From Planctomycetota bacterium (lineage in GTDB: Bacteria > Planctomycetota > UBA1135 > UBA2386), in the NCBI GenBank assembly GCA_965228735.1, contig OZ245838.1, forward strand, positions 5,728,001 through 5,792,000: a stretch of DNA of 64,000 bases, in the 5' to 3' direction. This document shows positions 9,568-18,489 of this stretch, piece after piece; positions within the stretch are counted from its first letter, which is position 1, and every line of letters starts with the position of its first letter. Under the pieces are notes generated by a model that did not search any database, was not told the DNA's origin, and saw nothing but the letters and a program-made list of their open reading frames with translations. Position numbers and translations under genes: made by a program.

Positions 9568-10234
9568 CCCCGGTCCTCCCGACGTTCTCGACCTCGATGC
9601 CGCGCGCGCCGAGGCGCACGAGCAGGCGCGCCTTGGCGGAGTGGAACGCCTTGCGCGCCGCGTCGACCGTGTTGTAGCCGAGGCGGTTGCTGATCTCCTC
9701 GAAGCTGCACCGCGCCTCGATGCGCAGCGTCAGCAGGTTGCGGTCGCGGTCGTCGAAGCTGGCGAGCACCTCGGTGTAGATCCGCTGCTGTTCGTTGCTC
9801 CACGCCTGTTCGAGCGGTGTCTCCCCGGGCGTGTGCACCTGTTGCAGCCGGTCCCCGCTCTCGGTGGGCGAGTGGTGCAGGCGACGGTCGCGCCGCGCGG
9901 CCTGATGGAAGCGCGTCTGGTCGACGATCTGGGTCTCGACGGCCTTGGTGAGATACGCGACGAACTGCGCCGGTCGCGCGTCGTCGAGCTCGAGTTGCCC
10001 GCTCAGCACCTTGAGGAACACCGTGTGGACGATGTCACCCGTGCTGAACATCGCGGCCATCACGTTCCCCTGGCGCCGGAACCGCAGCTGCAGCCGCCGG
10101 TGCACCGCGCGCTCCACCTGCTCGTAATACTCGCCGACGATCGCATCGAGCGCGTCCTGGTCGCCGCGACGCACGGCGGCGAGCAGCGCCGCGAGGTCGT
10201 CGGGTCGGTCGTCGGGGGATGGGGCTTGCTCCAT
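9560..10234 (-). CDS. ECF sigma factor, kinase-associated
   Basis: LLAAVRRGDQDALDAIV (region 2.1), AARRD, SFEEISNRLG HTH; overlaps the kinase start by 8 bp. Confidence 0.85.
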   Translation of the reverse strand: MEQAPSPDDRPDDLAALLAAVRRGDQDALDAIVGEYYEQVERAVHRRLQLRFRRQGNVMAAMFSTGDIVHTVFLKVLSGQLELDDARPAQFVAYLTKAVETQIVDQTRFHQAARRDRRLHHSPTESGDRLQQVHTPGETPLEQAWSNEQQRIYTEVLASFDDRDRNLLTLRIEARCSFEEISNRLGYNTVDAARKAFHSAKARLLVRLGARGIEVENVGRTGDG

Positions 10235-10391
10235 GGCGAGATCGGGGACACCGCGGGCGAGCACGGTGTCGGTTGCCAGGAGACCAGACGGAAGCCCGAT
10301 CGCCAACCGGAACGCAAAGTCGACAATTGTGCGGCGTTGCTCTTATGGTCTGTCAAGAAGCGATTTACGCCATAGTAAGGGCGCCTCGGCG

Positions 10392-10820
10392 CTACTCGGC
10401 CACGGTCACGCGCACGTCCAGATCATCGGGCTGCACGACCTCGCGCCACGTTTGGCCGTCGGCGGGCGTGACCGCGAACGACAGCTTTCCGGTGCGCAGC
10501 GCGATGGTGTCGCCGTGGTCGTTGGCCGTCGGCCGGGCGTGCAGCAGGATCGGCTGACGCGCCGTGGGGTCGTGGTAGATCAGGTTGACGAAGCGGAACC
10601 CGCCGGGCACCTGCCCCGGGAGTCGCGGGCTCACCCAGACCGCGACGAGCTCGTGGTCACCGATCGCGTAGTGCCAGCAATCGTCGTTGGGCTCGGCGGT
10701 CGGTGCCTCCGACATCGCGGCGGGGGCAGGGGCGGCGACCGTCGGGTCGAGCTGCGCGCAGCAGGCGAGGAGCAGCACCGAGCCGAGCAGCGAGAACGTG
10801 ATGGTCGTGTGGACGTTCAT
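10392..10820 (-). CDS. Hypothetical lipoprotein
   Basis: ATG at 10820; hydrophobic leader ending LLACC; Ala/Pro linker then a small beta-rich domain. Confidence 0.6.
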   Translation of the reverse strand: MNVHTTITFSLLGSVLLLACCAQLDPTVAAPAPAAMSEAPTAEPNDDCWHYAIGDHELVAVWVSPRLPGQVPGGFRFVNLIYHDPTARQPILLHARPTANDHGDTIALRTGKLSFAVTPADGQTWREVVQPDDLDVRVTVAE

Positions 10821-10848
10821 GATCGCATCGCGTGGTTCGTTGGTGAGT

Positions 10849-10876
10849 GTCCGCCCGACCCGGGGGTCGGGCGGAC
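10849..10876. terminator. Perfect GC-rich hairpin (terminator or mRNA stabiliser)
   Basis: GTCCGCCCGACCC-GG-GGGTCGGGCGGAC, 13-bp inverted repeat 11 bp after the stop of 10888..11235; no U-tract. Confidence 0.6.
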
Positions 10877-10887
10877 GGCGAACGGTC

Positions 10888-11235
10888 CTAGTAGTCCGCT
10901 TCGAAGACCACGGTGCCGAGGCCGACGCACCACGCACCCCAGACGAACTGCGGGTAGACGTAGAAGTTGAAGCCGCGGTTGCTGTAGGTGATCGTCTCGT
11001 CGTCGTCGCTGTCGACGGACGCGATCGTGCCGTTGCCGAAGTCGAAGTTGTCGACGCGGGCCTTGTAGCCGACGACCGAGAAGCCGTTGAAGTTGCTGCC
11101 GTAGACGTCGGCAACGAAGCCGGTCAGCTCCGGCGCGCTGTTGCTGACCGGAACGGTCTCACTGCGCTGCTGCGCCGTGGCCGTGCCGACGAGGAGGGAC
11201 GCGCCGAGCGCGCCGCAGAGGATGGACTTGAGCAT
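10888..11235 (-). CDS. Small secreted hypothetical protein
   Basis: Clear signal peptide (ATA-Q); strong AAAGGAAAG RBS; beta-rich, aromatic mature part. Confidence 0.75.
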   Translation of the reverse strand: MLKSILCGALGASLLVGTATAQQRSETVPVSNSAPELTGFVADVYGSNFNGFSVVGYKARVDNFDFGNGTIASVDSDDDETITYSNRGFNFYVYPQFVWGAWCVGLGTVVFEADY

Positions 11236-11382
11236 AGTGCTTTCCTTTCGTTTCAGAGGGAGGCCACCGCGGACCGTTCACAGCCATCTGCGAACTCGCG
11301 TCGTTGGTGACCGACGCCGCATCGGCGTCTCCCCTACAGACGGGAGCGCGCGCGGGCAGCGGAAACGAAAAGGCGTTGCGCG

Positions 11383-12393
11383 TTACGCGCCGGGTCGCAG
11401 TGCCAGAGCGACGACCTCGGTCTCGATCTCGGTCCAGTGCAGTTTGTATTCCATGGTCGGCCCCATGTCGTACTGCTGCACGCCGGTCTCCGTGAGCCAG
11501 CGCAGCTTCTCGAGCTGCAGCACGTTTCCGAGCGAGGCATCGCGCCACGCGTCGTCGAAGCTGAACTGCTGGCCGCGATACACCGGGCCGGCCACGCCGC
11601 CGAAGATGAAGCCGATGTCCTGGCCATCGCCGTCGCGGGCGAGGATCACGCGGCCGATGCCGCTCCTGGCGAGTCGCCGCAGCAACACGCGGTAGAACTC
11701 GCGCGCGGGTGGCTCCGCCATGCCGCAGCGTTCGATCCCCTTCCAGCTGCGTTGTTCGACGGCGAGAACTCGGTCGTAGAGCGCGTGCGCGTCCGTGACC
11801 GTGCGCGGCGCGTGCCGTTCGAACGTCACGCCACGTTCTCGCAGCCGTCGCGCGGCCTTCTGCACACCGCGACGCCACTTGCCCGAGCGGCGGCCCAGGT
11901 AGCCGTCGAGTCCGCCGGCGAGCGACGCGCTGCGCATCGACTCACTCGTCGCGAGGTGGATGCCGCAACGATCACCGAAGCGCGCGATCAGCAGTTCGAG
12001 CAGCGGGTCGGTCGGTCGCAGCCCGGAGACGATCCAGACGGGAGGGGCGGCGCCCGGACGCTGGATCCGCAGCAACCGTTCGAAGAGGTCGGGCGCCGTC
12101 CTGCCGAGCAGCGGGCAACCGAAGAGCCAGTGGTTCTCGAGCGGCTCGTAGAGCGGCGGGTAGCCCGCGAATCGCCGTTCGGCGAACGCGACCACGCTGT
12201 CGTCGTCGCTCTCGATGACGAGCGGGCGGCCGATGCCCGAAGTCTCGTGGTACGACAGCTGCCACTCGGTGCGGCAGCAGAACGCGTCGGCCGGCGATTG
12301 GTCGGCCGCGGCCCGGTTCCAGACGGAATCGCCGCGATCGAGGGCCAGGACCTCGAGCGGGGTCGGCGTCAGGGATTGCGGGTCGAAGTCCAC
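11383..12393 (-). CDS. GNAT family N-acetyltransferase (Acetyltransf_6 / BcsL-like)
   Basis: DGYLGRRSGKWRR, RSWKG, QFSFDDAWRDASLG and YDMG..MEYK.HW motifs; GTG start chosen at 12393. Confidence 0.8.
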   Translation of the reverse strand: MDFDPQSLTPTPLEVLALDRGDSVWNRAAADQSPADAFCCRTEWQLSYHETSGIGRPLVIESDDDSVVAFAERRFAGYPPLYEPLENHWLFGCPLLGRTAPDLFERLLRIQRPGAAPPVWIVSGLRPTDPLLELLIARFGDRCGIHLATSESMRSASLAGGLDGYLGRRSGKWRRGVQKAARRLRERGVTFERHAPRTVTDAHALYDRVLAVEQRSWKGIERCGMAEPPAREFYRVLLRRLARSGIGRVILARDGDGQDIGFIFGGVAGPVYRGQQFSFDDAWRDASLGNVLQLEKLRWLTETGVQQYDMGPTMEYKLHWTEIETEVVALALRPGA

Positions 12394-12530
12394 GGGTCGG
12401 GTCTCGCGGCGGGCGCGGGCCCCTGATGGTGCAGTACGAGCGGCCGGACGGCTACCGGGGGCCGGGGACGGGCCGTCGGAGAAAAACCGGACTATCGTGC
12501 AGCACGGGGCCGACCTCCGGTCCAGAGACG

Positions 12531-15095
12531 ATGATGTTCCTCCGCACGGTCGAGCTGGCATTCGCGCGCTTCCAGAAGAAGCGCGACGGCAAGGCGCTCG
12601 CGATCGTCTTCGATCGCACGGCGCCCGAACTGCTCCGGGTCGCGCGCCATCTGGCGCGGGAGCCGGGCGATGCCGAGGACCTCGTGCAGGCGACGTTCCT
12701 CACGGCGATCGAGGCCGCGGACACGCACGAGCGCGGCAAGCCCGTGCTGCCGTGGCTGCTCGGGATCCTGAGCAATCAGGCCCGCGCGCATCGGCGCCGG
12801 TTGCGTCGCCGGCCCGACCCGACGCGCGTGCGCGCCGATGTCGTGGCCGACGTCGACGACGAGGTCGCGCGCAACGAGCTCGAGCGTGAGCTCGCGGTCG
12901 CGATCGACGACCTGCCCGCGGCCTATCGGCCGGTCCTGCGTTTGTGGTTCGAGCACGGGCTCGAGGCGCAGGAGATCGCGGCGACGCTCGAACGACCCGC
13001 CGGCACGGTGCGCTCGCAGGTGAGCCGCGGCATCGAGATGCTGCGGCAGCGGCTGCCCGAAGGGCTCGCCGGCGTCGGTGCGGTCGCGGTCAGCGTGGCC
13101 GCGAGTCGCAGCGCACTGGCCGCGATTCGCAGCAAGGTGCTCGGGCACCCGACGCTGCACGTGGCGGGAGCATCATCCGGCATTGGATCCGCCCTGGTAC
13201 TCGGAGGTCTGCTCATGTTGCATCACAAGTTGCTCGCTCTCGGCGCGGTCGCGGCCGTCGCCGTCCTGTCCTGGTTGTCGTTCGTGCCCCCCGGCGAGGT
13301 GGCGCCGAACGAGGTAATCGCGAGCGGCCCGCCCGCGGTCGCTGCGGGGAACGTGGGCGCGAGCCAGAACCGAGACGTGGTGCCCGCCGGGATCGAGCGC
13401 GACGCGGTCGAGGTGCCGAAGGAACCGCCCGAGGACGAAGGCGAGACGCTGGCTACGAAACCGACGACGCTCGTCGTGCAGATCGTCGATGGCAAGACCG
13501 GCGCGCCGCTCGCCGGCTACGGCCTCGCGACGCGTCGCCCTGGCGAGATCTCGAATCTCAACCGTAGCTCGGTGCTGTCGCGTTCCGACCGGAACGGCAA
13601 GATCTGGTTCGAGCGCATCGCGCCCGGCAGCTGGTGGCTGGAGCTCGACCGTGCGAACATCGTCGGCGTCGCCGAGGTGCGAGAGGGGCAGGTCAACGAG
13701 CACACGGTGAGTCTCGAGGACCTCGGGGTCGTGACCGGCGTCGTGGTCGATCAAAGTGGCCGGCCGATCCCGGACGCCGACATCGTGCTGCAGGGGCGTG
13801 GCATGACCGCGCCGACGCTCGCGACCAGCGATGCGCTCGGCCAGTTCGAGATCCGTCACGTCCGGGGCGGCGAGCTCCAGGCGCGCAAGCCCGGTTATGC
13901 GCCGTCGTTCGTCGAGGGCGTCCAGGGCCAGCCCGGCGGGCAGACCGAGATCCAGCTGCAGCTGCGCGCGGCGGGCGGCACGCTCACGGGGCGGGTGCTC
14001 GACGTCGACGGCAGTCCGTTGGCCGACGCGGGCGTCGCGATCGCGCGCGTCGAGCACATCGGCCTCGAAATCACCCAGATCGACGGGCCGCAGCCGCGTC
14101 CGCTCTGGGTGCGGACCGACGAAGCCGGCATGTTCCGGACGGACGAGCTCGACGTCGGTGAGCACATCGTCGTCGCGCGTGGCCTCGGTGAGAACGTCAC
14201 GCCGGCGAGCCAGCGCGTGCAGGTGACGACCATGGGGACCCACGTCGACCTGCAGTGCGCGCAGCCCGCGGTGATCGAGGGCGCGCTCGACCTCGGCGGC
14301 GAGGCCATGCCACGCGAGGGCGTGCGGGTCACGGTCTGGACCGAAGAGCCGACCGAGGACCTGGGATATCTCGTCAATCTGTTCGGCCTGCGCAACCAGG
14401 TCCTCGATCCTGACGGTCGCTTCCGGATCGTCGGTGTGCTCCCCGGTCGCGTGCAGGTCACGGCGTTCCGCGGGGCCCAGAGCATCGGCCAGCAGATGCA
14501 CACGATCGCGGCCGGTCAGACCGTCCGTTGTGACTTCGCGCTCGGTGGCGGCAGTGCGGCGGTCAAGGTGCAGCTGCAGCTTCCCGCGGGCAGCAAGGCG
14601 GCGCCCACGCTCATGGCGATGGTCTACCACTCCGCGACGCCCAACGGCCCGCCCGGGATGGTGCCGTTCCAGGACGGCCGCGCGACCGTGCAGTGCAGCA
14701 CGACCGGACCGTCGTCCATCGTCGTGACGGAGCTGCGCGGGCGGCGGAACATCGTGCAGTTGGCGCGGGCGCAGGTGCAGCCGGGCGAGCGCAAGGTCAC
14801 GATCGAGATCGGCGAGGACCAGCTGCCGACGCGACACGTGCGCGGCCGGATCGTCGATTCGCAGCATGCGCCGCAGCAGGGCGTGACCGTCGCCGTTCGT
14901 CGGATGGCGACCGACGGGCTGATCTCCGTCCTCGAGGGCGCGACGGGCGCGGACGGGACGTTCGATCTCGGCCCGTTGCCGACCGGCCAGTACGCCGTGC
15001 TCGTGGGGGAGTTGCGGTCGGCGAAGGCCGTTGGGCAGGCGGTCCTCACGTCGGCCCGCGACGAAGACGTCGGCGATCTCGTCGTTGCGCAGTAG
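12531..15095 (+). CDS. ECF sigma factor fused via a TM helix to carboxypeptidase-regulatory-like (Ig/transthyretin-like) repeats
   Basis: DAEDLVQATF, PWLLGI and EIAATLERPAGTVRSQ; TM helix; repeated GVVVDQSGRPIPDA / GRVLDVDGSPLADA / GRIVDSQ units. Confidence 0.88.
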   Translation: MMFLRTVELAFARFQKKRDGKALAIVFDRTAPELLRVARHLAREPGDAEDLVQATFLTAIEAADTHERGKPVLPWLLGILSNQARAHRRRLRRRPDPTRVRADVVADVDDEVARNELERELAVAIDDLPAAYRPVLRLWFEHGLEAQEIAATLERPAGTVRSQVSRGIEMLRQRLPEGLAGVGAVAVSVAASRSALAAIRSKVLGHPTLHVAGASSGIGSALVLGGLLMLHHKLLALGAVAAVAVLSWLSFVPPGEVAPNEVIASGPPAVAAGNVGASQNRDVVPAGIERDAVEVPKEPPEDEGETLATKPTTLVVQIVDGKTGAPLAGYGLATRRPGEISNLNRSSVLSRSDRNGKIWFERIAPGSWWLELDRANIVGVAEVREGQVNEHTVSLEDLGVVTGVVVDQSGRPIPDADIVLQGRGMTAPTLATSDALGQFEIRHVRGGELQARKPGYAPSFVEGVQGQPGGQTEIQLQLRAAGGTLTGRVLDVDGSPLADAGVAIARVEHIGLEITQIDGPQPRPLWVRTDEAGMFRTDELDVGEHIVVARGLGENVTPASQRVQVTTMGTHVDLQCAQPAVIEGALDLGGEAMPREGVRVTVWTEEPTEDLGYLVNLFGLRNQVLDPDGRFRIVGVLPGRVQVTAFRGAQSIGQQMHTIAAGQTVRCDFALGGGSAAVKVQLQLPAGSKAAPTLMAMVYHSATPNGPPGMVPFQDGRATVQCSTTGPSSIVVTELRGRRNIVQLARAQVQPGERKVTIEIGEDQLPTRHVRGRIVDSQHAPQQGVTVAVRRMATDGLISVLEGATGADGTFDLGPLPTGQYAVLVGELRSAKAVGQAVLTSARDEDVGDLVVAQ

Positions 15096-15103
15096 GTCTC
15101 GTA

Positions 15104-15135
15104 CGGGCGGTGACGAATCCGGTCGCGCCCGCCCG
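15104..15135. terminator. Possible bidirectional hairpin between convergent genes
   Basis: CGGGCGG...CCGCCCG arms in a 57-bp convergent gap. Confidence 0.35.
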
Positions 15136-15152
15136 GTTCTACTGCCTGCGTG

Positions 15153-17489
15153 CTACTGCCCGGTCCACTGCTCGGGCACGCAGTAGAACCACTTGTTCCA
15201 CCGCTGATGATCACCGAGCGGTCCGCCGAGCAGCAGCTCGCCGTGGTGCAGCGCGAGGCTGCGGGCGTCGCCGTTCGACGTGATCAGCGAGTGCATCAGC
15301 AGGCCGCCGATCAGGAACGTGTGCGCACCCCCGAGCGGGCTGCTGCCGAGCGCCGGGCCGTACTGCTCGTCGAAGAACGACGGCGGCACGGGCTGGTTGT
15401 CGAACTCGGTCGGCACGTAGTAGCGCAGCCCCTCGGGAACGAGGCCGAGCGTCTGGTGCGTGACGTTCTGCACCCAGGAGTACCGCACGCACTCCGCAAT
15501 GTCGTCGCACACGTCGAGGTACTTCGTGTTGCCGAAGAACTTCCACCCCGCGAGGTAGCCGTACAGGACCGCGCCGTGCTGCCACGGCATGTAGAAGCCG
15601 TGCGGCTCGGGCCAGCCCGTTCGAATGTCCGAGCCCTTGAGCTTGATCGCGCGCGACGGGTGGTCCTTGGCGCGGTCGCGTTCGACGATGACCCAGAGGC
15701 GGTCGAGCGCCGTGTCGCGGAAGTGCAGATCCCCGGTCGCGACGAACGCCTGCACGAGCCCCTGCATGGCCCAACCCTCGGAGCGGGTCTCTCGCAGCTT
15801 GGCAGTGCCGAAGTACTTCGGCCGCAGCACCCCGACGAGGCTCTCGCCGAGCTGCCGCAGTTCGTCCTGCGCCCACGCGTCGCCCGTGACCGACCAGTAG
15901 TCGAACACGAGATCCATCGACCAGTGCTCGAGGTCGTACGGACCGAAGCCGTGGGCGTGGTTGCTGCCGCTCTGCACCCTGGTGCGATACTGCGGATACG
16001 GGTCGTTCGCGCGCAGCGCGCGCCGCCCGAGCGATTCGATCGACAGATCGCGTGAGCCCGGATAGAGCGGCACGCCGTCCCACAGGAAGATCTCGTCGTC
16101 GAGCTCGACCCGCACACCGTGCAGGTGGTACGGCCGTGCGGCCTGGATCCAGGCCTTCTGCTCGAGCATCAGCAGCAGCCGCAGATCGCGCGACTGCACG
16201 GCGTGGGCGAGCTCGGGCGACAGCGGGTGGTTCCGCGGGGTGCCGGTCTGCGACGTGAGCTTGGGGTCGCCGTGCGAGCCCCAGGTGCCGAAATGGTCCT
16301 GGCTCCGCCAGGACTCGAAGTCGGACGCCGCGCGGACCGCGGCGTCGCTGGGTGCCGGGCCGGGGCCACCGAGCAGGCCGAGGGCGTGCGTCTGCCGCAG
16401 GCTGTGGTGGTCGGCGAGCGTGCGGAGCGGGTTGCGGATCAGCGCTGCCGTCGAGGTCCGGTCGTGGCGTTGCTCGTCGCGCGTGCGCGCCGGGTCGTCG
16501 CGATGCAGCAGGAAGCGATAGCGTCGCATTTGCCCGTCGGCGATCCACGTGTCGCGCATCACCTCGAAGCGTTGGAACCCGTCGAGCCCCGGCACGCGTG
16601 GCCCGATGCCTTCGAGCGCGCCGCGGTACGGCAGCACGACGTCGACGTCGCGGGCCCGGAAGCGTACGGCATCGACGTCGACGCCGCCGAGCGCCTGCAG
16701 GTTCGGACCCGTGACGAGCTCAGGGTCGTCGGTGCCGAGGTAGTCGTTCCCCGGCAGGTAGTCGACGAGCAGCGCGGGCAGGTCGCGGAACTCCGTCACG
16801 TAGAACGTCGCGGACAGGTAGTCACGCCCGATGCCGGTGCCGGCCGGCGCCTCGTGGTAATGGCGGAATCGGCGCACGCGCACGAGTGGCGTTTCCTGAA
16901 CGACGGCGCCGATGCCGGAGAGCGCGGCGTCATAGGTCACGCCGAATGCGTCGTCGACCTCGCTGCCGATCGCGGGCAGGCCGCCGGCGAACACGGGGTG
17001 GGGCGTGAACGCGCCCGCGATCGTGGCGGGTGTCGCGATGACGCGTCGTTGCACGGTTGCGTCCCGGTCGAGCGTCTCGACCCACTGCGCCTGCGCGATG
17101 CGGACACTGCCGTCGGGCCAGCGCTGCAGCACGAGCCAGGCCGTCGCGTGGTTCTCGATCGAGAAGTTCGCGGGGTCTTGGACCTGGCCCCAGGCGAACG
17201 GCACTGACGCCCGCACGACCGCCGTGCGGGTCGAGCCCGGGTTGTGCACTTCGATCGTCGGCTCGATGCCGGTCACGACCGCGCCCGGGCCGCGCGGACC
17301 CGGCGGAACCGGGCCCCACTCGTGGCCGAGTTCGATGTTCGGCGGCTCGGGTTGTTCGCCGCCGCCACCGCCGCCATCACCGCCGCCACCCCGCGAACAT
17401 GCTGGCCACAGTGCGAGCCCGAGCACCGCAGTCGCCGCGATGAGTCGGTGTCGCAACCGGAGTCGGGTCGGCCCAGGACGGGTTGGCAT
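15153..17489 (-). CDS. Large lipoprotein, YetA/PcRGLX-like (putative polysaccharide lyase-like helical barrel)
   Basis: Lipobox WPAC followed by a Gly linker; SVPFAWG..RWPDGSVR N-terminal motif; DYWSVTGD and AFVATGD helical-barrel repeats. Confidence 0.6.
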   Translation of the reverse strand: MPTRPGPTRLRLRHRLIAATAVLGLALWPACSRGGGGDGGGGGGEQPEPPNIELGHEWGPVPPGPRGPGAVVTGIEPTIEVHNPGSTRTAVVRASVPFAWGQVQDPANFSIENHATAWLVLQRWPDGSVRIAQAQWVETLDRDATVQRRVIATPATIAGAFTPHPVFAGGLPAIGSEVDDAFGVTYDAALSGIGAVVQETPLVRVRRFRHYHEAPAGTGIGRDYLSATFYVTEFRDLPALLVDYLPGNDYLGTDDPELVTGPNLQALGGVDVDAVRFRARDVDVVLPYRGALEGIGPRVPGLDGFQRFEVMRDTWIADGQMRRYRFLLHRDDPARTRDEQRHDRTSTAALIRNPLRTLADHHSLRQTHALGLLGGPGPAPSDAAVRAASDFESWRSQDHFGTWGSHGDPKLTSQTGTPRNHPLSPELAHAVQSRDLRLLLMLEQKAWIQAARPYHLHGVRVELDDEIFLWDGVPLYPGSRDLSIESLGRRALRANDPYPQYRTRVQSGSNHAHGFGPYDLEHWSMDLVFDYWSVTGDAWAQDELRQLGESLVGVLRPKYFGTAKLRETRSEGWAMQGLVQAFVATGDLHFRDTALDRLWVIVERDRAKDHPSRAIKLKGSDIRTGWPEPHGFYMPWQHGAVLYGYLAGWKFFGNTKYLDVCDDIAECVRYSWVQNVTHQTLGLVPEGLRYYVPTEFDNQPVPPSFFDEQYGPALGSSPLGGAHTFLIGGLLMHSLITSNGDARSLALHHGELLLGGPLGDHQRWNKWFYCVPEQWTGQ

Positions 17490-17550
17490 GGTCGGAATGG
17501 GGTGCCGGGTGGGCGGCCCGGGCGGCCTTTGAGGCAGAGGCCGAGGGTGC

Positions 17551-17578
17551 AGTTTGCGACGACCGCGGCCGGTGTCAA
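17551..17578 (-). promoter_or_regulatory. Putative sigma70 promoter
   Basis: TTGACA-N16-CAAACT on the minus strand, about 60 bp upstream of the lipoprotein start. Confidence 0.35.
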
Positions 17579-17686
17579 CCGGCGCCGGCCGCCTGGCATT
17601 CGCGTGTGCGGTGGACCGCGCCGGCGGTCTGCCGACGTCGCCATGGCATCGCGGCGTCGGCCGTGCTCCATTGGCAGAACTCGACG

Positions 17687-18484
17687 ATGCCAGCCGACAT
17701 CACATCCACGAAGAACCCCATCGTGCAGCGGTTCCGCGACGCGGCGCAGGGTCGGTCGATCGACGGTCCGGTGCTGCTCGCGGAAGGCTCGCGACTGCTC
17801 GAGGAGGCGCTGGCGGCGAACGTCGTGCTGCGTGAGGTCGCCGTCGGGCCGAAGTGCGACGATGCCGATCTGCGCGCCCGGCTCGCGGCCGCGTGTGACC
17901 AGGTCCACGAGTGTTCGGACGCAGTGCTCGCGAAGTTGAGTCAGCTCGACACGCCGCCTGGTGTCGCGGCGATCCTCGCGCGGCCCGAGTGGCCCGACGA
18001 GACCCTGCTGCGCGGCGACCTCGCGCCGCTCGTCGTCGTCGCCGCGGGCGTGCGCGACCCCGGCAACCTCGGGTCGCTCGTTCGCGCCTCCGAAGCGGCG
18101 GGGGCGAGCGGTCTGCTCACCCTCGCAGGCGGGGCCGACCCGTTCCGCGACAAGGCGGTGCGCGGTTCGATGGGTTCGATCCTGCGGCTGCCGACGCGAC
18201 CCGGCTTGCAGGTCGACGAGGTGCTCGCGTTCTGCGACCGACATCGACTGCGGTTGGTCGTCGCCGACGGTTCGCGTCGGGGCGACCCGCCGCATACGGC
18301 GATCGACCTGCGCAAGCCGACGGCGCTCGTCGTCGGCGCCGAGGCCGCGGGGGTGCCGGCGGCATTGCTCGACGCGGCGAACGACCGGGTTCGCATCCCG
18401 CTGCAGGAACCCGTCGAGAGCCTCAACGTCGCGGTTGCGGCGGGTGTGCTGCTGTTCGAGGCACGACGACAGCGGGAGCTCTGA
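17687..18484 (+). CDS. TrmH/SpoU family RNA 2'-O-methyltransferase
   Basis: ITSTKNP, LAEG, RDPGNLGSLVRASEAAG, VVGAEAAG and ESLNVAVAAGV SPOUT motifs. Confidence 0.92.
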   Translation: MPADITSTKNPIVQRFRDAAQGRSIDGPVLLAEGSRLLEEALAANVVLREVAVGPKCDDADLRARLAAACDQVHECSDAVLAKLSQLDTPPGVAAILARPEWPDETLLRGDLAPLVVVAAGVRDPGNLGSLVRASEAAGASGLLTLAGGADPFRDKAVRGSMGSILRLPTRPGLQVDEVLAFCDRHRLRLVVADGSRRGDPPHTAIDLRKPTALVVGAEAAGVPAALLDAANDRVRIPLQEPVESLNVAVAAGVLLFEARRQREL

Positions 18485-18489
18485 CGGCG

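Noticed and set aside
7012..9693. 893-aa ORF antisense to the kinase (likewise 35814-38261, 53900-56434, 48082-51207, 31946-34012)
   Set aside because: Stop-poor alternative frames of GC-rich genes; no recognisable domains.
10326..10356. TTGACA upstream of the kinase-associated ECF
   Set aside because: The best -10 (CACAAT) is at a 19-bp spacing; too weak to call.
17911..18489. Long N-terminal extensions in the ORF track for RarA, DUF72, GT2, the anti-sigmas and others
   Set aside because: They are out-of-frame read-through across upstream genes; coupled starts at the overlaps fit better.
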